This document shows positions 55,185 through 64,000 of a stretch of 64,000 nucleotides of DNA, one piece after another. This DNA is from Eshraghiella crossota (GTDB taxonomy: Bacteria > Bacillota > Clostridia > Christensenellales > CAG-917), in assembly GCA_963590075.1 (NCBI GenBank), contig CAVANK010000003.1, forward strand, positions 12,100 to 76,099. Reading direction: 5' to 3'. Numbering within the stretch: the stretch's first letter is position 1; each line of letters opens with the position of its first letter. The position numbers were made by a program, and so were the translations under genes. The notes below the pieces were generated by a model, which worked only from the letters and a program-made list of their open reading frames with translations, was not told where the DNA came from and did not search any database.

Positions 55185-57587
55185 TTACGATTGCTCGTCA
55201 ATATTTTCATATTCTTCGTTTTGGTTATCGTCAAGATAGTCAAAATCTTCCTCCCGTTGATTTTCGTCTTGATTATCGAAATTATCGTTGTTATCGATAT
55301 TATCAAACCCGTTATCGAATAGGTCGTCAACGTAAACGAGTTTCGTTGACGACTTTTTTATATCCGCATTTGAGGATATCTCACACTCGACAGTGTATGT
55401 TACGACGTCGAAAAACGCAAGAGGAGTGTCGTATATCGTCTTTTGCTCGCTGTTGCCTTGTACGATGCAAACGAGATTTTTGCCGTAAAAATCCTCACGA
55501 TAAATCTTATAAGTGTAGATATCTTGCGTATCGAGGGTTATTTGCACTCTGTTTGCGTTGGCACAAAGCGAAAAATCAAAATCTTCCACTTCGTCGAAAC
55601 AATGCGACGTCTCAACGTTTGCGTCTATGGGGAATATTTCGTTTTTTCTATATTCTATCGGGGTATTTTGACTTGCAAGCATAACTTGTTTATATTTTTT
55701 GCTTGCGTAGGTATCGACGTCTTTCCATTCGACTTCATTGCAATACGAGAGAGATTTCGGTTGCGATTGATAGGCGTTTATACTTTGCCATATCTTTTTG
55801 TTGTTCATTGCGGGATATCCTCCTCCACGCTCGCTCGTTCCGTCGTCCGAACCGTGCCAAACGCATACGGTGTAATTATCGTTGTATCCGATACACCAAG
55901 CGTCACTGTTCTTGCCGTCCGCGCGCTCGGCAGTACCCGTTTTTGCGGCAACTTCAAAGGGAAGTGCGGAAAGCGTGCGTGCCGTGCCGTCTTTTACCGT
56001 ATCGGAAAGTGCACTCGTAATAATGCTTGCAGTCGACGATTTCACCACGGCGCGACTCGGAGTTTGACTGTCGATATATATTTTATTGCCGTTTGTTACT
56101 ACGTATTTGACGAAAGAATTGTCTTTGTATATACCGTTATTTGCAAGTGCCGTATACGCCGAGCAAATCTCGATAGGGGACACACCGTTTGCCGTTGCAC
56201 CCAGTGCAAGGGCGTAATTTTGGTCAAAGTATTCTAAATTTACGCCAAAATTGGAAATGTATTGGGCGCTTTTGGGCAATCCGACGTAACTTAACGTCTT
56301 TACGGCAACGCTATTCATTGACTTTTTGATTGAGTCTCTTACTGTCGTTTCTCCGTAATATTTGTCGTTAAAGTTTGACGGACAATAACCGCCGAAGTCG
56401 ATTTTCTCGTCAATGACGGGAGTTGCAAGGGACACTAAATTCATATCGATTGCGGGTGCGTATACCGCAATAGGCTTCATAACCGAGCCCGCTTGTCGTT
56501 TTATATCGTAACCGAGAGAGGAATAACACGCAATAATGGCGTTTTGTTTGTTGTCTACCACGATTTGTACGCTTTGTACGTCTTCGCTCTCGAAAAATTG
56601 CGAATTATTGGCGTTGTCGAATAAGTTTTTTTGCAAATTTACGTCGAGATTGGTGTATATCTCGTATCCAGAATTGTTGAGCTGATATTTGGTTATGCCG
56701 AGCATATTACACACTTCGTCGGTGGCTTTTTTGATATAATAATCGCAATATTTCTTTTGCGATTTGTTTAATTTGCCTTCTTTTGCCTTATCGAGAGGGG
56801 AATTTGACGCCAAATCTCTACTTTCTTGCGAAATATATCCTTCATTTTGCATAACGGAAAGCACGAGATTGCGACGCGCTATGCAATCTTCCTCTTTGGC
56901 AAAAGGGGAGTATTTACGGGGGTTTTTCACGACACCCGCAAGCGTTGCACATTCTTTCAAAGATAAATCGGATATTTCCTTGTCAAAATACAATCTTGAC
57001 GCTTGTTTTACGCCGTACGCGCCGTTTCCGAAGTATATGACGCTCAAATACATTGCCAAAATCTCGTCTTTTGAATATTCTTTTTCAATTTTTCGCGCAA
57101 TTGCGATTTCTTTAAGTTTTCTATCCACGGTGCGTTCGTTGCTCAAATGCGTATTTTTTACGAGTTGTTGAGTTATCGTCGACGCACCTTCTTTGACGGA
57201 GCGAGACTTGATATTGCTTACGATTGCACCGCCGATACGTATAATATCGTAACCTTTGTGGGAGTAAAACCTCTTGTCTTCAAGTGCGACGAAGGCGTTT
57301 TTGAGGTCATCGGGAATTTGCTCGGGAAGCACATAATCATCGGTTAGATACTCGATTTTCTCACCGTTTATATCGTAAAAAACGGGTTTTGCACTTGCGG
57401 TTGGCAAGAGGTTTTTGTCAAGGCTCACACCGTTTGCCCAAATAGCGAAACCTGCCACCGCAAGCAACGTTCCGACAATTGGCAAAAGCACCAAAACAAG
57501 CAGTGCCGAAAGGATAATTTTCTTCTTTTTGGAGCGTTTTTGTTCCTTGTTCAAAAGATTTTTGATTTTTGGTCGTTTTTTCATCAA
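55185..57587 (-). CDS. Class A penicillin-binding protein (glycosyltransferase + transpeptidase) with C-terminal extension
   Basis: An N-terminal TM anchor is present. GT51 motifs are FVALEDKRFYSHKGYD and GASTITQQLVKN. Transpeptidase motifs are SVMKP and AKTGTAE. A C-terminal domain of about 200 aa ends in an Asp/Asn-rich acidic tail. Confidence 0.9.
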   Translation of the reverse strand: MMKKRPKIKNLLNKEQKRSKKKKIILSALLVLVLLPIVGTLLAVAGFAIWANGVSLDKNLLPTASAKPVFYDINGEKIEYLTDDYVLPEQIPDDLKNAFVALEDKRFYSHKGYDIIRIGGAIVSNIKSRSVKEGASTITQQLVKNTHLSNERTVDRKLKEIAIARKIEKEYSKDEILAMYLSVIYFGNGAYGVKQASRLYFDKEISDLSLKECATLAGVVKNPRKYSPFAKEEDCIARRNLVLSVMQNEGYISQESRDLASNSPLDKAKEGKLNKSQKKYCDYYIKKATDEVCNMLGITKYQLNNSGYEIYTNLDVNLQKNLFDNANNSQFFESEDVQSVQIVVDNKQNAIIACYSSLGYDIKRQAGSVMKPIAVYAPAIDMNLVSLATPVIDEKIDFGGYCPSNFNDKYYGETTVRDSIKKSMNSVAVKTLSYVGLPKSAQYISNFGVNLEYFDQNYALALGATANGVSPIEICSAYTALANNGIYKDNSFVKYVVTNGNKIYIDSQTPSRAVVKSSTASIITSALSDTVKDGTARTLSALPFEVAAKTGTAERADGKNSDAWCIGYNDNYTVCVWHGSDDGTSERGGGYPAMNNKKIWQSINAYQSQPKSLSYCNEVEWKDVDTYASKKYKQVMLASQNTPIEYRKNEIFPIDANVETSHCFDEVEDFDFSLCANANRVQITLDTQDIYTYKIYREDFYGKNLVCIVQGNSEQKTIYDTPLAFFDVVTYTVECEISSNADIKKSSTKLVYVDDLFDNGFDNIDNNDNFDNQDENQREEDFDYLDDNQNEEYENIDEQS

Positions 57588-57687
57588 AATTATTATTGTT
57601 TTATGCGCTATTTTTATGTATAATAGTTTTTTGAAGAATTAACGCGCAACGCGCGCACGCATAGTAACGTAGCACAAAGGAAGAATT

Positions 57688-59040
57688 ATGTTTTATAAAG
57701 TCAACACTTACGGCTGTCAAATGAACGTCCACGAAAGCGAGAAAATCGCGGGAATACTCGAAGATATGGGATATTCCGATTGTCCGGCAAACGGTAATCC
57801 CGACGTTATCGTATTCAATACTTGTTGTATTCGTGACACGGCAGAGAGAAGAGCGCTCGGCAACATCGGCGTAACAAAAGCCGAGAAAAAGCGCAATCCC
57901 AATCTCATTTTGGCGGTCGTTGGTTGTATGCCACAACAAGACGGCGTTGCAGAGAGCCTAAAAGAAAGATATCCGTACGTCGATATCGTGCTCGGCACTC
58001 GCAATATTGCCGAACTCAAAGACGAAATCGAAAAGGTGGTTGCTTCGCGCGCTCGCGTTAAGAAGAGAAGCGACAAAAAGTATCGTTGTTTCGACACCGA
58101 GCAACCCGCAAACTACCTCGAAATAGACGAAAAAACGCCCCAAACGAGGACAAGTTATCCCAACGCGTGGATAAACATTATCTACGGTTGCAACAATTTT
58201 TGCACTTATTGCATAGTGCCGTACGTGCGCGGAAGAGAGGTCTCGCGCGATATGAACAGCGTTCTCGACGAAGTGAAAAAGTGCGTCGACGAGGGCTACA
58301 AAGAGATAACTTTGCTTGGTCAAAACGTCAATTCCTACGGCAACGACGTAGACGATCCCAACGTGAATTTTGCCAATTTATTGAGAGAAATCGACAAAAT
58401 CGAGGGTAAATTCCGCGTGCGTTTTATGACTTCGCATCCAAAGGATCTAAACGACGATATTATCGACGCAATGGCGCACTCTGACAAGATTTGCAACAAT
58501 TTGCATCTTCCCATTCAAGCGGGCTCTGACAAAGTGCTTGCCAATATGAACAGACGCTACGACAGTGCAAAATATCTCCAAACGATAGAAAAACTCCGCA
58601 AAGCGATGCCCGATATCGGCATTACCACAGATATTATGGTAGGCTTCCCGACGGAGACGGAAGAGGACTTCCAAAAGACGCTCGAAATAGTGGAAAAAGT
58701 GCGTTATTCCAACGCGTTTACGTTTATCTACTCACCGAGAAAAGGCACTCCCGCCGCAAAGATGGATCAAATTCCGTACGCGGTGAAGCAAGAGCGTATT
58801 GCAAGACTTATCAAGCTTCAAAACAAGATAACCAAAGAGATATCCGACACGTACGTGGGCGGAGTTTTCGAGGTTCTATGCGAGGATATCGCGCCTAAAC
58901 ACGAAGGTATGGTGTGCGGAAGAACGGAAAGCGGAAGGCTCGTAACTTTCGAGGGAACGAGGGATGATATCGGCAAGTTCTTCAACGTCAAAATCTCGCA
59001 ATCTAAGTCCGCTTCTCTTTTCGGACACAAGGAGGGTTAA
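57688..59040 (+). CDS. miaB: tRNA-2-methylthio-N6-dimethylallyladenosine synthase
   Basis: AAGGAAG RBS. UPF0004 domain Cys residues (TYGCQMN...NTCCIR), the radical SAM motif GCNNFCTYCIVPYVRG, and a C-terminal TRAM domain are present. Confidence 0.93.
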   Translation: MFYKVNTYGCQMNVHESEKIAGILEDMGYSDCPANGNPDVIVFNTCCIRDTAERRALGNIGVTKAEKKRNPNLILAVVGCMPQQDGVAESLKERYPYVDIVLGTRNIAELKDEIEKVVASRARVKKRSDKKYRCFDTEQPANYLEIDEKTPQTRTSYPNAWINIIYGCNNFCTYCIVPYVRGREVSRDMNSVLDEVKKCVDEGYKEITLLGQNVNSYGNDVDDPNVNFANLLREIDKIEGKFRVRFMTSHPKDLNDDIIDAMAHSDKICNNLHLPIQAGSDKVLANMNRRYDSAKYLQTIEKLRKAMPDIGITTDIMVGFPTETEEDFQKTLEIVEKVRYSNAFTFIYSPRKGTPAAKMDQIPYAVKQERIARLIKLQNKITKEISDTYVGGVFEVLCEDIAPKHEGMVCGRTESGRLVTFEGTRDDIGKFFNVKISQSKSASLFGHKEG

Positions 59041-59043
59041 GGT

Positions 59044-61671
59044 ATGGAAATCGACCGAAACAAACTCACTCCTATGATGAAAAAGTATTTTCTCATCAAG
59101 GATAATTATCCCGATTGCTTGCTGTTTTTTAGACTCGGCGACTTTTACGAGATGTTTTTCGACGACGCCGTAACCGCTTCTCGCGTTCTCGACCTTACGC
59201 TTACGGGCAGAGACTGCGGTATGAGCGAGCGCGCGCCTATGTGCGGTGTGCCATATCACGCAGTGGACAACTATATCCGTAAACTCATAGAAAACGGCTA
59301 TCGCGTGGCTATTTGCGAGCAATTGAGCGATCCCGCAAACACCGCAAAAGGTGAACTTGTGGAAAGAGACGTCGTGCGCGTGGTATCCAGCGGTACGGTT
59401 ATGGAAGAGGATATCCTCGATGAGAGGTCGTCAAACTATCTTTGCTCCGTTTTCACCAATGCAAATGCGTTTGGCATCGCTTGGACGGACATTTCGACGG
59501 GCGAGTTCAACGTTTACGAGTACGAGGGAGAGAATTATCTCGACAAACTTTCCAACCTCTTGGGAAGCATCTCCCCGAGCGAAATCATTTGCAACGAAGA
59601 TTTTCTTGCCAAATATCCCAAAATCGCATTCTTCAAAGCAAGCGAAAAGAGGGCGCATTGCTATCACGAGTTCGCTTACGGTTTGAGTGTCGCGACGAAG
59701 AAAATTTTGACGACGTTCAACGTGCAATCGCTTTCCGTATTCGAAATCGACAATCATCCGTATGCGGTTAGCGCGACGGGCGGACTTTTGGAATACTTGG
59801 CGCAAACGCAAAAACGCTCGCTTGCTCAACTCAATAAAATAGTATTCTTGCACGACAAATCCTTTATGATGCTTGACAATTCCACTCGCAGAAATTTGGA
59901 ATTAACTCAACGCGCAAGGGACGGCAAGCGTCAAGGCTCGCTTTTGAGCGTGCTCGATAAAACGTATACGGCAATGGGCGCACGCACTTTGAAGAGATGG
60001 ATAGAACAGCCTCTTCAAGACGGCAACGCCATAAACGCCAGACTCGACGCGGTGGAAGATCTTATCTCGTCAAAAGCCGTTCGTGAAAGATTGGGTGCTT
60101 CACTTGAACAAGCGCGCGATCTCGAACGCCTCAACGGTAGGCTTGCATACGGCAATTCCACGCCCAAAGATTTGCTCTCAATAAGCGACACTTTGGAAGT
60201 CTTGCCACAAATCAAACTCTCGCTCAAAGACACGTCCGCGAGTATGCTCAAAAAGATAAATGGCGATCTCAATCCGCTCAAATCAGTATGCGCGACGCTT
60301 CAAAGCGCGCTCGACAGAAACGGTGTAAACAGCTATAAAAACGGCGGTTTTATCGCAAAAGGTTACGACGAGACACTGGATCAGATGCGCGACATCAAGA
60401 CTTCCGCGCGCGATTGGCTCTCCAATTTGGAAGCAAGAGAGAGGGAAGATACGGGTATTCGCACGCTCAAAGTGGGATATAACAAGGTATTCGGATACTA
60501 TATCGAAGTGTCCAAATCATTCACCGATAAAGTGCCTTATCGCTACGAGCGCAAGCAAACGCTCGTCAACGGCGAGAGATATATCACGGCGGAACTCAAA
60601 GAGTTGGAAGAGAAGATCCTTTCCGCGGAAGCGAACGTGCAAATGCTCGAAGACAAGATTTTTACGGAACTCAAAACTTTGTGTATAGAGAATTTTGCAT
60701 CCCTCCAAGCCGACGCGCAAGCACTCAGCACGCTCGATTGCCTCTTGTCCTTTGCCAATGTATCGGTTGCAAACAGATACATGAAACCGCTCATCAACAA
60801 GAAAGTGAAGAGCATCGATATTCAAGACGGCAGACACCCCGTAGTCGAAACGCTTCTCGACAAGGGCGCGTACGTGCCCAACGACACGCTTCTCGACGAT
60901 GATGAGAACAGAACGATGATCATCACCGGTCCGAATATGGCGGGCAAGAGTACGTATATGCGCCAAGTTGCTATAATCACACTTATGGCGCACATAGGGT
61001 GCTTCGTTCCCGCAAAATCCGCGGAAATCTCGCTTACCGATCGCATTTTTACCAGAATAGGTGCAAGCGACGATTTGAGCGGTGGTCAAAGTACGTTTAT
61101 GGTGGAAATGATCGAGGTTGCCACAATTCTCAACTACGCAACGTCGTCAAGTCTTCTCGTCCTCGACGAAATCGGCAGAGGAACGTCCACATTCGACGGA
61201 CTTTCCATTGCGTGGTCGGTGCTTGAATACATAACCAAAAACATCAAAGCAAAGACTCTCTTTGCAACGCACTTCCACGAGCTTACCGAACTTGAAGACC
61301 TCGATGGCGTCAAGAATTATAGGGTGCTCGTCTCGCAAGTAAACGACACGATAGTATTCTTGCACAAAATCGTAAGAGGCGGTGCATCGCAAAGCTTCGG
61401 TATAGAAGTCGCGTCGCTTGCCGGCGTATCGAAACCCGTCATAGAACACGCAAAAAACATTATGCGTTCGCTCGAAGAGGACTCAAAAAACCGCGATACA
61501 AACGAAATGTTGCTCTCGTCCGCAAAGAAAAACGTGACTGCGCAAGTCAGTTTCTTTGACAGCGGTGAAAGCAAAATCGAAAAACAAATTCGCGATACGG
61601 ACGTGAACAATCTCACACCGCTACAAGCACTCACCGTTTTGAGCGACCTCAAAAAACAACTTGAAGAATAA
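59044..61671 (+). CDS. mutS: DNA mismatch repair protein MutS
   Basis: The mismatch-binding N-terminus is TPMMKKYFLIKDNYPDCLLFFRLGDFYEMF. Walker A is GPNMAGKSTYMRQ, and STFMVEM and DEIGRGTSTFDG are present. Confidence 0.96.
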   Translation: MEIDRNKLTPMMKKYFLIKDNYPDCLLFFRLGDFYEMFFDDAVTASRVLDLTLTGRDCGMSERAPMCGVPYHAVDNYIRKLIENGYRVAICEQLSDPANTAKGELVERDVVRVVSSGTVMEEDILDERSSNYLCSVFTNANAFGIAWTDISTGEFNVYEYEGENYLDKLSNLLGSISPSEIICNEDFLAKYPKIAFFKASEKRAHCYHEFAYGLSVATKKILTTFNVQSLSVFEIDNHPYAVSATGGLLEYLAQTQKRSLAQLNKIVFLHDKSFMMLDNSTRRNLELTQRARDGKRQGSLLSVLDKTYTAMGARTLKRWIEQPLQDGNAINARLDAVEDLISSKAVRERLGASLEQARDLERLNGRLAYGNSTPKDLLSISDTLEVLPQIKLSLKDTSASMLKKINGDLNPLKSVCATLQSALDRNGVNSYKNGGFIAKGYDETLDQMRDIKTSARDWLSNLEAREREDTGIRTLKVGYNKVFGYYIEVSKSFTDKVPYRYERKQTLVNGERYITAELKELEEKILSAEANVQMLEDKIFTELKTLCIENFASLQADAQALSTLDCLLSFANVSVANRYMKPLINKKVKSIDIQDGRHPVVETLLDKGAYVPNDTLLDDDENRTMIITGPNMAGKSTYMRQVAIITLMAHIGCFVPAKSAEISLTDRIFTRIGASDDLSGGQSTFMVEMIEVATILNYATSSSLLVLDEIGRGTSTFDGLSIAWSVLEYITKNIKAKTLFATHFHELTELEDLDGVKNYRVLVSQVNDTIVFLHKIVRGGASQSFGIEVASLAGVSKPVIEHAKNIMRSLEEDSKNRDTNEMLLSSAKKNVTAQVSFFDSGESKIEKQIRDTDVNNLTPLQALTVLSDLKKQLEE

Positions 61672-61701
61672 ACCTTGAAATCTTTGATTGCGGAGAAGAA
61701 T

Positions 61702-63648
61702 ATGGGCAAAATTAATATTCTCGATTCAAACGTATTCAATATGATATCGGCAGGCGAAGTGGTCGAAAGGCCGTCGTCCGTCGTGAAGGAACTCGTTGAA
61801 AACTCTATTGACGCGGGCGCAACTCGCGTCGACGTTTACGTCGAAGAGGGAGGACTTGACAAAATTCAAGTCAGCGACAATGGCGTAGGCATCGAAAAAG
61901 AGGACTTGCGCAGTGCGTTTTTACCGCACGCAACGAGCAAACTTTGCAAAATCACCGACCTTGACAGTCTCTCGACGCTCGGTTTCAGAGGTGAGGCTTT
62001 GGCAAGCATATCCTCGGTTAGCAACGTAACCTTGATCACGGCGAGCAAAGCGCAAAAAACCTCGTCTCAAATTTCGTTGAGTGGCGGAACGGTGACTTTT
62101 GAGGGCGAGAGTAATAGGGCGGAAGGCACGCTTATAAGCGTAGAAAATTTGTTTTTCAATACGCCCGCGCGCCTCAAATTCCTCAAAAAAGCGTCAAGCG
62201 AGTTGCATTATATCCAAGACACGATAAAAGCGTTGATACTTGCCAATCCGCATATTTCCATCACGCTGTCCAGCGAAGAGGGCGTGATTTTTTCCAACGA
62301 CGGAGGCAGTTTGCAAGACGCAATCTACTCGGTGTACGGTGCAAAAGTCGCTGACAATCTGCTTCCTATCGTCGACAACGAAAGAGGAAATATCCGCGTT
62401 AGCGGTTTCACGTCAAAGGTTGATTACACCAAGCCAAACCGCACGTATCAGTCCATTATCGTCAACGGAAGAGCAGTGCAAGACGCCACGATACAAACTG
62501 CGGTTGAACGTGCGTATTCCGAATATCTTATGAAGCGCACGTATCCTATGTTTATCGTGGACGTATTGATGCCGTTCGAGGACGTGGACGTCAACGTTCA
62601 CCCGTCCAAAACAGAAGTGCGTTTTAGAGACAAACACGCAGTATTCAGTGCGGTTTATCACGCAATCGAAGATACGATTGCGCAGAGTATGAGCAATATA
62701 GCGTTTGGCTTCGATATCGAGCAAAACGGCAGTGAATTGAGCCAAAATAACCGTATTTTGCCTCAAAATCCGCCTATTTCGACTGATTTTGAAGAAAAAC
62801 CAAGCCAAGAATACGTGCAAACGCACATCGATACCAGCAAGCTTTTCAGCGGTAAAACTCAACCCAAAAACTACGTCGGCATAGATTTATACGATACACA
62901 GCCGATTAAAAATTCTATGCTTGCCGAAGGCGGTATCAATTATTACGACAATAATTTTACGAATAGTTATAAAACTGAAAATTCAATCACTGTCGATCCA
63001 CAAAACGTAGACAAGTATTCTCAAAAAGTTGAAAATATAGAATATAATATCGACGATGACGACGATACGGCAATATTTGACGGCAAAATAGTAGGGCAAA
63101 TTTTCGATACATACATTATTTGCGAGCGCGGTGATTTGGTTTATATTATCGACCAACACGCGGCACACGAACGCATTTTGTACGACAATATCCTCAAAAA
63201 ATTCAACGTCGAATACGCGCAACCGCTTTTAATACCGTACAAACTCTCGTTGACGGGCGAAGAGGAAGAATATCTCGACAAAATCGTTCCCAACCTTATC
63301 AAACTCGGTTTCGACATCGAACAAAACGGCGCAACATATTTGATTAAAGCCGTTCCCGAGCCCGTATCCAAAATCAATTTCGGCAAATTCTTCTCGGATT
63401 TGTTTGCAAATATGCTCAACGAGAACGAACTTACTCTCGAAAACTTGCTCAAAGACAAGCTTTGCCAACAAGCGTGCAAAGCGGCAATAAAAGGCGGAGA
63501 ATCGCTCTCACGCGCTCAAATCGAGCAAGTTATCAAAAATTACGTGGACGAAAACGGCAATTTGCCCACCAAATGTCCGCACGGTCGTCCCGCAGTCGTC
63601 GCTTTCAGCGCGCGTGATATCGAAAAGATGTTCAAGCGCATTGTATAA
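61702..63648 (+). CDS. mutL: DNA mismatch repair endonuclease MutL
   Basis: GGAGAAG RBS before ATG 61702. The GHKL ATPase N-terminus is ISAGEVVERPSSVVKELVENSIDAGA. The C-terminal endonuclease motifs are DQHAAHERILY and CPHGRP. Confidence 0.95.
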   Translation: MGKINILDSNVFNMISAGEVVERPSSVVKELVENSIDAGATRVDVYVEEGGLDKIQVSDNGVGIEKEDLRSAFLPHATSKLCKITDLDSLSTLGFRGEALASISSVSNVTLITASKAQKTSSQISLSGGTVTFEGESNRAEGTLISVENLFFNTPARLKFLKKASSELHYIQDTIKALILANPHISITLSSEEGVIFSNDGGSLQDAIYSVYGAKVADNLLPIVDNERGNIRVSGFTSKVDYTKPNRTYQSIIVNGRAVQDATIQTAVERAYSEYLMKRTYPMFIVDVLMPFEDVDVNVHPSKTEVRFRDKHAVFSAVYHAIEDTIAQSMSNIAFGFDIEQNGSELSQNNRILPQNPPISTDFEEKPSQEYVQTHIDTSKLFSGKTQPKNYVGIDLYDTQPIKNSMLAEGGINYYDNNFTNSYKTENSITVDPQNVDKYSQKVENIEYNIDDDDDTAIFDGKIVGQIFDTYIICERGDLVYIIDQHAAHERILYDNILKKFNVEYAQPLLIPYKLSLTGEEEEYLDKIVPNLIKLGFDIEQNGATYLIKAVPEPVSKINFGKFFSDLFANMLNENELTLENLLKDKLCQQACKAAIKGGESLSRAQIEQVIKNYVDENGNLPTKCPHGRPAVVAFSARDIEKMFKRIV

Positions 63649-63656
63649 TTATATAT

Positions 63657-64000
63657 ATGGATAATAATATAAATAAAAATACCATAATATATCCGCCCGT
63701 GTATATCGCAGGTCCGACTGCGTCGGGTAAAAGCGCGCTTGCCGTAAAACTTGCACACAAAATCGATAGCGTGATTATCTCTGCCGATAGTATGCAAATT
63801 TATCGCGGACTCGATATCGGCACGGCAAAGGAAAGCGAGTATATCCGCAAGGAAATTCCACACAAACTTATCGATGTCGTCGACGCTGACGAAGAATTTT
63901 CCGTTGCCGAGTTTGCTCAAATGGCAAAAACCGAAATCGAGAAGGCGCAAAACTGCGGGAAATTGCCCATCGTCGTCGGAGGAACGGGGTTGTATTTTGA
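63657..64000 (+). CDS. miaA: tRNA dimethylallyltransferase (3' end outside the window)
   Basis: My translation from ATG 63657 gives MDNNINKNTIIYPPVYIAGPTASGKSALAVKLAHKIDSVIISADSMQIYRGLDIGTAKE... It has the P-loop and the SADSMQIYRGLDIGTAK signature, and the frame stays open to the window edge. Confidence 0.88.
   Translation, partial: MDNNINKNTIIYPPVYIAGPTASGKSALAVKLAHKIDSVIISADSMQIYRGLDIGTAKESEYIRKEIPHKLIDVVDADEEFSVAEFAQMAKTEIEKAQNCGKLPIVVGGTGLYF

Overview
This 64-kb window looks like core chromosome from a low-GC Firmicute, Clostridia-like and probably a spore-former. Coding is dense and mostly on the + strand. From about 23.1 to 38.6 kb it follows the conserved Bacillus 'ylo' cluster order: yicC, gmk, rpoZ, coaBC, priA, def, fmt, rsmB, rlmN, rsgA, rpe, a spoVM-like micro-ORF, rpmB, asp23, yloV, recG. 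The next block is tlyA, nadK, argR, recN, RNase P RNA, pheST, mutS2, a cysteine desulfurase, thiI, a class A PBP, miaB, mutS, mutL and miaA. The first 18 kb is more accessory. It holds rho with an N-terminal insertion, an alkaline phosphatase, an anchored endonuclease I, tRNA-Ser(GGA), a Sel1-GNAT pair, a MerR/aldo-keto-reductase pair, an ECF-S-like/DUF1893 pair, a flavodoxin flanked by three tandem-repeat arrays, and a YegP-domain protein with a long disordered region. The strongest finding is an ORF-free, G+C-enriched element of about 575 nt at 38722-39297. It has its own consensus promoter and long-range helices. A four-TM membrane protein gene follows directly, then tlyA-nadK-argR-recN. 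Size and synteny match the published OLE RNA / oapA locus. I cannot run a covariance model, so it is either OLE or a new large RNA at the same locus. Coordinates of RNA ends, promoters and terminators are approximate. All functional calls rest on motifs read from the translations, not on database searches.
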